Shown here in pieces: positions 14,411-26,759 of a stretch of DNA of 64,000 bases (its first letter is position 1; each line of letters begins with the position of its first letter). The stretch spans positions 37,448,001 through 37,512,000 of the forward strand of contig CM114271.1 in assembly GCA_050084515.1 (NCBI GenBank), read 5' to 3'. The position numbers and the translations under genes were made by a program. The stretch comes from Blasia pusilla (taxonomy: Eukaryota). The notes beneath the pieces were generated by a model. It was not told where the DNA came from. It saw only the letters and a program-made list of their open reading frames with translations, and did no database searches.

Positions 14411-14655
14411 GAAGGCCATAGTTTGTCCCGGAAAGGCAATCAATGCGCGTAGGGTAGCGCCTACCTCGAGCTGGGTCGGGCCCACGTTTCAGGTTCGGGA
14501 GCCCCGGGATGGAGAGGTCGCGACGGAGGATAGGGAGGACAGCGCCTCGAGACGGACGGATCTAAACGGACGGCGCGAAACGGACGGAAGGCGCGGAACG
14601 GGCTACGTTAGGTCCGGTTCAAATGACGGAATTTGTCGACGGGTATTAGGGCGGG
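14411..14655 (+). repeat. Left TIR of the MULE
   Basis: Inverted homology to 26760-27029 extends inward to ACGG(G/C)(T)ATTAGGGCGG and is patchier in the inner half. Confidence 0.85.
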
Positions 14656-14716
14656 AATTAGGGGATTCGATCATTTTGGAACGAACGGAGAAGAGCGGTA
14701 GAAACCGAACACGGAG

Positions 14717-14930
14717 GGATTAGCATTTCATTACGAGCGGATTAGCATTTGATTACGAGCGGATTCACGTGGATTTTAACGTGGCGGACGAAGAGCGAGA
14801 GAAACACGGAACGAGGAAGAGCGCTTTGTATGCGGAGACCGTGATTAGCTGATTAAGAGTGGATTAGCATTTCATTACGAGCTTGATTAGTTCTAACTCG
14901 AACGCTTCTAACTTGATTGATTACGAGCTG
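14717..14930 (+). repeat. Left subterminal repeats GGATTAGCATTT(C/G)ATTACGAGC
   Basis: Two tandem copies from 14717, another at 14861, and a partial copy at about 14915. Confidence 0.8.
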
Positions 14931-15190
14931 CGGACCGCGGATTTCAAGTCGGATTAGGCGGATGGGGTCCACTCCGTAACTTTTTCATGTAAGAGATTAT
15001 TTGCGTCCATGAGTATCATTTGCCAATTTGCACGTAAGTAGCTATTGGTGCCACATTCGGCCACGGTGATAGATAAAAGCTTAGATCGTAATCCAAGAAT
15101 ACATGTCTATTATTATGTGCACTATTATTTTGGTGTTCGGTTCCATTTATGTACTGTCCGGTCTTGCCCAGGTCGAATGGACAGAATTCA

Positions 15191-15258
15191 CACTTGAAGC
15201 CTGCACTTAAAGTCTGCACTTTAATTGGAGCCTGCACTTGAAGCTTGCACTTGAATCC
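15191..15258 (+). repeat. ~13-bp tandem repeat CACTTGAAGCCTG, about 5 degenerate copies
   Basis: cacttgaagcctg cacttaaagtctg cactttaattggagcctg cacttgaagcttg cacttgaatcc, immediately upstream of the transposase ATG. Confidence 0.75.
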
Positions 15259-15275
15259 CTGAACAGATTATAGCC

Positions 15276-18200
15276 ATGGTGAAATTCAAGAAATATTTAG
15301 CTTCATTTGAATGCGATGTTATCCAAAACCCTCTCCCTGGTCCTATTTTGAGCGAGCATTCGATTTGGTATGGCAATAGAAAAGAGGCATGGATTCCCTC
15401 AGATAGGGTTGAAGACTTCATTCATGGTGAAGAACAAAGACCACATTTCCAGACCACATTTAGGAAAAGGAATACCGACAAATCAGGGAACATACATGTT
15501 CTGATTCGACATCTTGGTGTTCATATGGACCCCGGGATCATAGGAATACCGTCTGGACCTCTCCGCCAAGTGAGGTTTTTGATTCAAACTCGCTGCAAGG
15601 GAGGTAAGGGTAGTAGCCGTAAAGCCAAAGTACACGGCTTGGGTGTCTCGGGGGCGTGGATGCCAATTTCACTTTGCCGTTGTAACCTCAAAGGACCGCC
15701 CTGGGTGTTCTATGTTGACGCATATGCATTCCAAGCATGTCGATAAGGCGGGCTGTATATGCCATGGGGACTTAGACAAGACTGCGGACATTGCGAATGC
15801 AATTGTTGCCCCGAAGTTGAGTTCTCATTGTAGGGATTTTGTTGAACGGTTATTGCGAGTGAACGTGAGCCCCTTAAATATCATGAAGGAGCATAGGAGA
15901 TGGATTCGTGAACACATTCACGATAATCCTAATCAGGCACAAGCTTGGGGCAGGGACGCTATGTTAAAACCACAAGATATCCTTAATATCAAGCATTCAA
16001 TGCGAAGACGCGAAGGGGGTATGATGGAACCGATGACGCCACTGCAATCCAACATTGGGTTGCAGCTCATCCTGAAAATGTCATACACTACAAGGAGGCC
16101 ATTTCAAGTTTAGGCCAACCTTTCATCCTGGTCATTTCTACACCTTGGATGCTTCAAAATCTTTTGCATCTTGGTAACGGTGGAGCCATCTCCATGGATG
16201 CCACTCATGGCACAAACACATATGAGGTAATTTCAGGGCCTTAAAACTGCAATGTCATTCTCTTAGAGGAGTTTATAGCCTACATTATACGTGGTATCAT
16301 TTGTGATTCTTTGCCGACGATCGGCATAAATGTAAACATTTGGAACGTTGTGTTCACTTTAATAGATATGTACATGAACAATCGGATTCCTGAACACACT
16401 CTTTTCTATGTTCACAGTATCAGCTATTCACGTTGTTGGGTTTTGACAAGTTTCACAACGGATTACCTCTAGTATGGGCCATTTTACAGAGGCATCAACA
16501 TCGGGATCTAGTGGATGCATTGGCCCATATCAAGGATTGGGCAGATACATATATGACAAGAGATTTTGCGTCGGTTGGTAGCCCCGGTTGGAAACCGTCA
16601 TGCTTCATAGTTGACGACTCCAAAGAGGAACAATCGGCAATCAGAGAAGTCTTCCCTGATGTTCCCATAGACCTGTGTCTATGGCATGTAAGGAAGAATT
16701 GGTTAAAGCAATTGCACCAACGAGTCCGCTGTCCAATTACAAAAGCAGATATGAACAGGGACTTGGGTGGTATCATGTACTCACGTGAAGAAGGTGTGTT
16801 CTATGCGAGTCAATAATAGTAGTTTGTTTCATTGTTTCTCAGCTATGTCCGTTGTGGGAGTAGGGTTCATATTAATTAAGCAATGGTTTTCTGATACGAG
16901 AGATCCTGTGGATGTCTCATATCGTTTCATGCGCAAGTGGGCTGCAACTGAACGTCACTTTGTGAAATACTATTTAAACTATTGGCATCCTAAGATTGTT
17001 ACTTGGGCAAAGGGCTATCGTAAGCATGCAAGATCCAACCAAGATACAAATGTCGGGATAGAAAGGTGGCACCACACTCTGAAGATGCATCTCACTTCTA
17101 GCATGCCTACAAAACCCACCCGGAAGCTCATATGGCTTGTGCAGATCTTATGCGGGGAAATAGAAGATTTCTTTTGGTACTTGGGATTTTTGAAACGAGA
17201 GGGTATGGTGAGGAACAAGGCAATCCAGAAAGTCATTCTCATGGCTATTAGAAGGGCAAATGATATCCCAGAAAGCCATGTCACATTTCAATTGGTAGAT
17301 GGGAGGAAATGCGCAATGGTGAAGAGTTGCTCCAAGCCCGACTATTGGCATGATGTGGTTGACTACGACAAGAAAGATGTTGCTTGTACATGCTCTCGTG
17401 CCAATGAAGGATTCACGTGCAAACATCGGGTATGTTTCTTGCACCCCGGATTTGGTGACCAAGCTATAGTCCCACCTGAAATCAAACAGTTCTATGTATT
17501 AAGTATGTCTTATTCCTGCACTAGATGTACGAGGATTTTACGTGCAGCCTACTGAGAATTTTTAAATTGTATCAGGTGAAGTGCTTACTGTTGAGTGGGC
17601 ACTCTGAAGTAGAGTTGTTGTCTTTCCTTGGCACACCTTTTGGTAGCAAAGCTGGTGGGTTGGAAAACATGGTGCAAAGGCATGCACATGTACAGGAGCA
17701 ACATGGAGACACACTAGTGGAATCAGACTTGTCTTACGGTGTTGGTTATCCAGAAGAGGTGCAAGCTACTACTCCTACAGTTGTATCACAAGCAACAACT
17801 CAAGAAGATGTTCGAGAGATGGTGGAAAAATGCTTGGCCACAACCATTGGAGTCCCATTCTGCAATGTTCTTCTTGAACATTTGTATGTACTTTTGCAGA
17901 AGGATATGGACTCACTTCGAACTCAAGCGCGGATAGAGACGAACACAGAACTTCCAGAAAATTTAATGAACATTGGACAACACTTCCATGAACCCTTTGT
18001 TGGAGGCAATTCTCAAGATCGTCGGCTGCGTCGGCGGATGGGTTGGTTTGAGCAAATGCATGAGAGAAGGAATTCACATTCCACACGTTCCACACGGAAG
18101 AATCAACCCCAAGCAATAATGAATCAGGTGGAGTCCTTTCCCAGAGTGAAACGATCAAAATATCTGAACATGGAGGCAGAATTGGAAGCAGATGCATGTA

Positions 18201-18469
18201 ATCATATTGATTTGGACGCTATCGTGAGCCAATATGAAAGCGAGGCAACTAAGGAGAATACTCAACAATCAGAATGGCCTCTGGTAGATACAAGGCCACA
18301 TAAGAACTACAAAATCAGCGCTTCTACTAAGAGAACCACTGCAGATGTCATACTTGATAGTCTGTTGGATGAAGAGCGATATGTTGCGGAGGGTAGTCAA
18401 ATGGATGAGTACTCAAGAAGACCCGATAATTTGTATGTAGTACAGGATTCCCAGATTCATGATTCATGA
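15276..18469 (+). pseudogene. MULE DDE transposase with SWIM zinc finger, frameshifted
   Basis: Catalytic and structural motifs: ISMDATHGTN (D1), YQLFTLLGFD, FIVDDSKEEQSAI (D2), LCLWHVRKNW (CxxH), TNVGIERWHHTLK (E) and SWIM CTC...FTCKH. Introns at 16227-16417, about 16794-16900 and about 17430-17575. Frameshifts near 15500 and in the G run at 16015-16019. Confidence 0.88.
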
Positions 18470-19599
18470 TTGATGAAGCATTTCCGAATTTCACATATTA
18501 GCCACAGAACACAAGAAATCTGATGTTCAACAAAAAAAAATGTATTTTTTTATGTAAGGCCCGGATGTTTACGCACGAGAAATGTGTTCCCTTCTCATGT
18601 TCATGTCCACCATGTCCCATTTTCATGTACGGTGAGCAATCATGTTATGTTTTTACGCAAGCATCCAAACCATAGTAACCATCGTGTAGGTTAAGTTGTG
18701 AACCATAGTAACCTGTCCGACCTATCTTCACGGTTTTGTATAGTAATAGTTGTATCCGAACCCAATTCAATTAATATTCAAGCATCCAAACCTTAGTAAT
18801 TACCACAGTCGGTTTTCTATGGATTCAATCCGTAGTAAACGTACGAGGTATGTTTGTACCCGAACCACGCAAGGTTCCGCAACACCGTGAGCTTCGCGTT
18901 TGGGGCATGTCCGCACCGCCACGCGCTTGTGTCAATTTTAGAGAACTTCTGTAATATAGTTCTGACTACTTCTATAGTCGTAACTAAAAAAAAACACCTC
19001 AGAAGGCCCACGAACCCTACCCCTGAGGGTCGTGCCTCTTCGTAAACATTTAGCGGTGTGAGGTGACCTTCCCCTAATTAGGGCTTGATTAAAATCGTGT
19101 CTAACCGAGATTGTCACAATGGATTGACGATTGGGGGATACGCAACAAGAAGGCTAGAATTGATAGTCCGATGTATGAAGCGAATGCCCTTGAAACACAG
19201 CCTTTGAGGTGTTCATGAATGAACACCTACATTTCGCTGTTCATACATTTTTCGTGTCATTGCATTTATGATCACTAAACTTGTATTTGCTCTGAGTGTT
19301 TCGACCACTTGTCTTTTATTTTTGAACAGGGTGTCATGGACTCTATCTATTCATGAGCTGATTACACATGAGTGCTTTAATTTCTTGGAAATTCAAGAAT
19401 TGACAAGCGTGGTGTTCATACATCGATCCATTGTGGATTACAAAGTTTACCACCAATTACAGGTGGAAGGACATGTGATCATTCATAACATATAAGACAC
19501 ATCAGAATAAAGTAAGGAGGAATTTGTTTAGGTATCATTCAAGAGTACAATCTTAGGAACAAAGATCAAGAATAGCTCTGCAAGTTGTATGTTTAATTT

Positions 19600-22340
19600 A
19601 ATTGACAATGGTATCCTTTTGGTCCATACCATTTCGTCCACAATAGTTCAGCAGACCATGACCTATAGCCCAACTAAGGTAACCTAAATTTCTTGGATAG
19701 ACCTTCATAACACACAAAATGGTAAGGGAAAATGTGCCCCATAAGCGATACACCAAACAGCGTGCATTGCACCTGCACAAAATAGAAGAACCATAAGGCC
19801 ATACATTAAGAACAGAAATCTGCCCGTTTCTGGTTTGTCCAAAGCAGAAAGACAAAACTTCACAGCCTACGTGCCAGGTAGGAACTCTCCTATACTTACT
19901 CTAAGAAATCGCCCTGATCATGAACTAAGTCCTAAACATCCGCAAAATATGATGATATGAACTCCCGCCAAAATGCTTGAAAATTTCTGCAGAAAGTCAC
20001 ATGCACACACATACGCTACAGAAGCATGTTTAGATAGTAGTAACCGTCATATACATAACACATTTGTAAAGAATTGACACCAGGGAAAGTAAGACCAAAG
20101 AGAAAAGTGACACATTACTTGCGAGTGGTCCAAAGGTATGTCGTCATAATCGCCGAGGAAACATATCAAAAAGTATGACAAGGGCGCAAAATATACAGCA
20201 ACCTCTGCAATGAAAGTTCACACACAGGTCTAAGAGATTAAATGCCAATCACCAGATGAAAGGATAATCATAACAGTGAAATCGCATGATACATCTACAC
20301 ACTCACCAAAATGTCATTCCCCGTGGTGGTCAAGGACTTGGAGACATGCCATCCAGAGGCCGCAATGCTGGAGTGCAGGTAAAGGTGTGGCGTGAAATTT
20401 TTCGGCACTAATCCCTTCAATACCGTCCTGCGAAGGTAAGACCAAAGGGTCTTCATGGCTTGTGCCCCGGTCCTTCAGAGTCCCATCTGCAGGTTTCTGA
20501 ACACACTACAACATATCAACACAAGCACAATTACTGGAGATGGTCCGAAGACATACAATAAAAAAATGTTATCGACAGAATTGAGCAGAATGCAAGACAC
20601 CTATTGTGAAGCCATCATCATCCTCCTCCTTTGGGCTTTTTCTTCTTTAGTCATGCCTTTGGGTGCTCTTTCCATGATTTGTGGATCTGCCTGCAAGACT
20701 ACTTCATCGGGGGTATGCGAGTCTTCAATTGGGCCTTCATCACCTGGCCCATGACTATCCATGACCGGGCTAGATTCACCCAGTTCGACGTCAACTTCCG
20801 GGTTCATTCGGCGGGATTTCCGAGATCCTACCGCACCCTTACCTCACTTCTGCACCTTTTCACCACGCACGTTACGTGTCCGAAGCGTCACTGGTCTCCT
20901 CCGCATCTGAATCAAAAGAGTATCCTCCTCACTCTGCTCGACATGATCTCCCGCAATATCCTCCTCACCACCCTCACATGGCGCCTGCTCCTCCTGTATC
21001 ACATGGCGCCCGGTACTATGCGTGGTGGATTGGGGACTTGGTAGATGTGTATCACTACAGTCAGAGTCACTCGAATCTATGATTTCCACATCCAGGCCAC
21101 CCTGCACATCTAGAAGTTGTTAGAGACAATGCGGAATTACAAGGGATACAATGGGAAATCATGAACTCACAACTCTTCAACAATTCATACTGAGAAATTT
21201 GCATGAAATGAAGCAAAGACTATACCCAGACAACCGCATCAGCAAGGGAGCAGCCGACTCCATCCACATACATGCGAGAGACTTTGTCCCTGAACTTGGC
21301 AAGAATGCTAGGTTTACTCTTCTCTTTCCAGATCTTGTAGTTAAACTTGAAGCGTGGGAGGTAGTACTCCTCACTGATGTACCATGCATGCCTTTGTGCT
21401 CGGCGCATTTCATCTAGAACATGCAGGGAATGTTCAACCTGATGCTTCCTGGTTTTGGCTCCAACATCCCATCGATACGGTTCATGTGTGTCCATGATCC
21501 ACACCGCGGCTAGATGATGGAAAGCGGCCATGCATCTCCAGTAGGTGGAACGCTGAACTCTATATACAGGGATAGTAGAAAGGAGAAGTCTGCGGCCCGA
21601 CTCAATCCATCCCCTCACAGTGGTGGTAGGGCACACAAGGGCACCCTCTAACTCCTCTTGGACCTTCTCATACTCATGTATCCTAGCTAAACCTGCCCAT
21701 GAGGTATGACCGTGTTCTTTTGTCCTATAGCCCTCAAAAGCAATCAAAAGATCTGGCAAAATGGGCATAGGTACAAACGGGACCGCTGCCCGTTTGGAAT
21801 GCTCCTTCGCTTTACTGAAGAGAGCAGCCTTCTTCTGTTTTCTGCGATGAGCCAGGCGTTCTTTGTCGACGGTGCCTCGCAGACGCAAGTTGGCTGCAGA
21901 TGGGGTAGCCTGGTTCCCTGCACAAGGAGGAACATAAATGAATGAAGTTCAGCTATCATAAAGCACATACACCAAAAATTGCTACCATCTCACTAACTGC
22001 GTATGAAAGTTCACTTCCTACACCCTTACCATCATCTTCATCCTCCATGTCGTCTCGGTCGTTGTCTGCTTCCACCTTCTTCTTACCACTCGCCCTTGGT
22101 GTTCCAGGCACCGGCCTTAACCAATGTGATGCAATGTGTGAGTTAAAAGTTTCTGGCCCACGAAAGTACTCGATGCACTTGGAGCACAGGCACACGAATT
22201 GCTTATGCTCCTTTGAGTAGCAATAATGAACCCACTCGACCGGGTCCCGCCAAAGAGAGGTTTGTGCGGCTGGTTTCTCTGGAGGACCTACACTCTTGCC
22301 CCTAAATGCAGCAAACATGTTTGCTGGTTGGGCTTCAACC
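19600..22340 (-). pseudogene. MULE cargo gene B: multi-exon protein with an N-terminal C2H2 zinc finger, a helical domain and an acidic region, with premature stops
   Basis: CSKCIEYFRGPETFNSHIASH fits C-x2-C-x12-H-x3-H. Following segments are 21220-21920, then 20844-21107 and 20601-20807 (same frame, separated by one TGA), and further splice-bounded segments at about 20260-20500, 20120-20205 and 19600-19775. The exon model is tentative. Confidence 0.6.
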
Positions 22341-22959
22341 TGGAGTGTATGCACAACGAGTTCTCACTCACATGCCTACGCACCAACATATACAAGCATA
22401 GCTGTAATTTAAAGTTGGAATGCAAAGTTGGAATTTAAAAACATACTTCTAAAAATGTAAGCAAAAAATGTAAGCTAGAATTCAGTATCTAGAATGTAGA
22501 TACAGAATTCCTCTCGCATCCATACCCCAAAGCTCCTACCAAAATTTGTAGGATACATATCCTCAAATTCCATCCGAGAAAAATTCTAGGTTTTGGCTGT
22601 AATACTTTAGCCAAAAGCAGGAATTCCTGGTTTTGTCACCGGGTATATTATATCTGAAAAGTTGACAGAATGTCTACTTCATACAGACACACTAAGAATC
22701 TGTATGAACATCCCAACAATCCAAAATATGTAAATGTGTCAAGGCCACAAACATAAGAAAACCTACTTCTACCCTAAACCTAACATGGCCCACGTGGTCA
22801 AGGTCTTGAGGAGCCCCCACTACATGCCAAACACAAGACGACAAAGACTCGAATTGGTTAGCCAAGCCAACGGGGAACAACATACATGCATGAGGAATTC
22901 AGGTGTACCATGTAAATACCATAAATGTAATCACGCTAAACTCCGTAAAACAAACAATT

Positions 22960-23921
22960 CTAGAAGGAAACAAGGTACCGAGAAATACCCCGAGCTAAAT
23001 TCAGAAGGGCCATGGAACTCAGTACTTCGGACAAATCTGAAATGTGCTCATTCCCAATCGGTGCTTTGTCATCCACATAAGTCTGGTCGATAAGGTAGAT
23101 ACTTTTAGGAGTAACTCCGATAACCCAAGGAACAGGGTCCTTCTCCTCAGAGGTGGACACTCTCCTCTTTAACCGGATTGTACAAAAATTTTTGGCAAGC
23201 ATGTTATGTTTGGATGCCCCCATCAAATGTTTAATGTCCTTAATTCGGACAACATTCATCTCACCTCCCTGGTTTTCCACCACTAGAAATTCAGTCTGTC
23301 CCTTCTTCTGGAAGTAAGAGTCTAACCATACATGGTCCCCCGCCAACCAGGCCTTGGGTGAGAATGCAACATTAAATCCATCATGTATCGCTGCCTGTTC
23401 TAGACACTTATAAGTTTCCAACGGAAACCCTAATACAATCCACTCATCCAAATACATTATGGAGTGAGGATGCAAGCGCTTGCACACAATATCAGCTAGA
23501 AAAAAATCTGAACTAGAACTGCTATATACTATGGGGCTGACCCATGTCTGAAGATTGCCATGGTTCCTTGATAGAAGACCAGCCACGTTTTCAGGTTTGT
23601 TAACCTGAATTCCCAACAACCGCAACCCCTTGGCATCTAAAAACATCGGCTGACCCGACATGGCCCTAATGTGTTGATCCTTGGTGGCTTTAATCCTACC
23701 TCCCCTACTGCCTCAAAAAATGTAACTGTCGATGGCGGACTTGCAATGTTACTGATGACCTTCAACCCTACACAACACCAAAAACAAGCAGAATTCAACA
23801 AGCTTCTGAGAACCCTCAAAATAAGACGAAATTCAAGAAGAATCATGTCAAAAAAATACTGCCCAGAGATGATGTTTCGTGGAATCGATCCATCATCTCT
23901 CGAGTCTCGATGCTCGAGCAT
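22960..23921 (-). pseudogene. MULE cargo gene A: ~280-300 aa globular protein of unknown family, with one frameshift
   Basis: ORF 23637-24002 (GLKVISNIASPPSTVTFFEAVGEVGLKPPRINTLG) and ORF 22960-23661 (MSGQPMFLDAKGL...PWVIGVTPKSIYLID) join in frame if one G is restored in TTAGGGCCATG at about 23663. Composition is protein-like, with alternating beta-strand patterns. Confidence 0.6.
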
Positions 23922-25264
23922 AAGCAAAGCAAAGCGTGTTGGCGGATGGAAGGAAGGAAGGGTAGCATCATTTACCTGCCGAATTCGTTTACCTGCTAGC
24001 AAATCAGAGTGACTTTAATGCTAGGATGGTAGGATAATTTATCTCCTAGCACATCAGAATGACTGACAAGAATATCTAGGCAAATTCTGATTGCCTTTAT
24101 TCTCAGCAGAAGCCTATAGAATCCCAGCACACTCAAACATATCCACAACCAAAAATAATCAGGCACATAGCAATTCCAACCACATTTGGATTGAAAACAA
24201 CAAAAAGTGGTAGCTATACCTCGCTTCAGACATAGTAGGATTTAGAGGTCAGATTAATCAACTGCGCACACATAAGCACGCCTAAGAAAGGACTTGAAGT
24301 TAATAGCAGCCTATGCCTTTACCCAACACTATCTTCCAAACGAGTCCCGATTGAGCTTTAACATTTTATGATGACACTTGCCATCACAAGATGATGTCTA
24401 TATCCTGTCTAAGTATAAAAAGGTTGAGCACAATTACTGTACGATTTCATGGTACAAGCTATCAATTGAGGTGGGGCGGAAGTACCACCATTACTCAGAT
24501 CGTCTATGGCCTTCGGCCGAACAGGGTTTTCTTGTGCCCAAACGCCTCAATACACTTTTGACCCTAAACGACTAATTCTACATTTTTGACTTATCCCTCA
24601 CTTTAGGACCCTAAATGCTTTCGCACGAATTTACCTGCTAGTAATTCAGAATGATTTAGCAAATCAGAATGACTAAGCAAGTGACTTCCACAGATACAAA
24701 GGATGCAACATGCCTAAATATATATAAGCTTTGAATCAACTGCCCACACGTAAGCACGAACATTAGCAGAGAGAGAGGAAGTCGAGCAGAGGTGGGCGAA
24801 CGACACCGGAGAAAGCACTCACCAGAGGTAAGTGAACGAAGGAGAGCCGAGCAACCGAGCAACCGAGCAACCGAGCTTTTCTCTCATAACACTCTCCTTC
24901 ACAAACACTTCCTATTCTATGTATCTCAGCCCTTAGCAAAAATCTTCAGAGTTTACTCACCATCTTCTTTGAATCCTGAAGTTAGTCACTGTCGGATAGA
25001 TTCTATCAAAATACATCACTTTTTTCATTCAATACCCCCCCCTGGTCTCACCACTTCTAGATTCATTCCTCATCAACTCCATACTTTTAGGAACATGCTT
25101 GAAAAACTGCTAGTTATCATGCTTTTAACCTTCACACTTCTTGGCGCTTCTAGTTAATCCATCCAATCTGTAGTTTGTGATTGACAACGAGATAGATGAA
25201 GTGTTTTTGTCTGCTTCGGAAACTTTAATTTGCATATACTCAATCTGCAACACAAGTTATCCAT

Positions 25265-25825
25265 TGGGAAATTACACCCATAGAACATCGTTTTCGCACC
25301 ATAGGACACTCCCGGTATTGACAGTCTAAATCTCCTGGCTGACACGGTGATGGGGGTCCGCGGCTATCTGTGGCTTTCACGAGCAGACAGGCGAGTTTCA
25401 AAACCCAAGGTATCATGTGCATGACACCTAGGGTTTTGAGAGACGATAGATGTTAGACCTCTTCCCGTAAGAAGACGCGAGAATATCCGTGCTCTTGAGG
25501 ACAATTCAGTTCGTTTTTTGGTTTGCTAATTCTTAAATAGTATGCTGCAGTGAACAGCGGACTATGTCCTCTTCTCTTTCTTTCTTTCTTCTCTCTTTCT
25601 TCTCTCTTACTCGGAAGTGCACACTCCTCCGGGCGTCGGTTCTGCAAAATGATTCATTCATTTGTGGGAAATTACACCCATAGAACATCGTTTTCGCACC
25701 ATAGGACACTCCCGGTATTGACAGTCTAAATCTCCTGGCTGACACGGTGATGGGGGTCCGCGGCTATCTGTGGCTTTCAGGGGCAAACGGGCGAGTTTCA
25801 AAACCCAAGGTATCATGTGCATGTG
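25265..25825. repeat. ~160-bp near-identical direct repeat pair inside the MULE
   Basis: TGGGAAATTACACCCATAGAACATCG...AAACCCAAGGTATCATGTGCATG occurs at about 25265-25423 and about 25665-25823. Confidence 0.9.
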
Positions 25826-26439
25826 CATGCCAGATTTTAAGGTGAATCAGGATATACACTCTTCTCGGGGACGGGCCGAGGACGGGATTTAAGGTGAATC
25901 ACGATATACACTCTCCTTATTCAAGAGGGCAGAATAAGGATATACACTCTTCTCGGGGACGAGCACGAGAACATCACGAGACATGAATCAGAGTAGAGAG
26001 AGAGGAATTCAATGCAGAGGTGGCGAACGACAACGGAGAGAGCACTCACCACCAGAGGTAAGTGAACGAAGGAGAGTCGGAGCATACGAGCATCAGGAAT
26101 TCAGCATTGCAGACGAGCATCAAGAATTCAGCCGAGCAGCCGAGCATCAGGAATCTTAAAGCGAGAACTTGACCAAAAAAATGAGCAGCCATATGTGGAA
26201 AATTTCTCGATTCCAAGCAGCCCATCTTAAACATCAACGAGCACCAGGAATACTGAAGCTAGTTAAGATTGGCCGAAAGCCAGGCGACGAGCACCAAGAA
26301 TACGTAGTAGCCAGCCTTTACTAAAGCACGAGCCCGATCAGAATGGCCGAGCAGACGAGCATCAGCTCCGATCAAGATCCGGAAGAACGAGAACACCGCG
26401 AGAACGAGATCAAGATCCGGAAGAACGAGGACATCGTCA

Positions 26440-26730
26440 AGAACGGGAGCGAGTCGAGCGCCAGGAGCGAGTCGAGCGAGCTGAGCCACGAGCGAACGAT
26501 CAAGAGCGAGTCGAGCGCCAAGAGCAAACGAGCGAGTCGAGCACCAGGAGCGAACGAGCGAGTCGAGCGCCAGGAGCGAACGACCCGGAGCGAGTCGAGC
26601 GCCAAGAGCAAACGAGCGAGTCGAGCGCCACGAGCGAACGACCAGGAGCGAGTCGAGCGCTAGGAGCGAGTCGAGCGAGTCGGGCGAGCCGAGCCAGGAG
26701 CGAGTCGAGTGAGAGCTGCACGAGTCGAGA
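26440..26730 (+). repeat. Right subterminal CpG-rich tandem array (core GAGCGAGTCGAGCGCCARGAGCRAAC)
   Basis: About 11 GAGTCGAG cores in variable-length units adjacent to the right TIR. Confidence 0.9.
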
Positions 26731-26759
26731 ACGACCGCCCTACCGCCAAGAGTGAACGA

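Noticed and set aside
14307-14723. Similar ORFs at 14307-14723 (+) and 26774-27157 (-)
   Set aside because: The similarity comes from the TIRs, and the ORFs cross the element boundaries.
25265-25423. Duplicated unit as a hammerhead ribozyme
   Set aside because: I found no CTGATGA...GAAA core arrangement on either strand.
26440-26730. Possible CRISPR array
   Set aside because: There are no unique spacers and no cas genes, and the context is eukaryotic.
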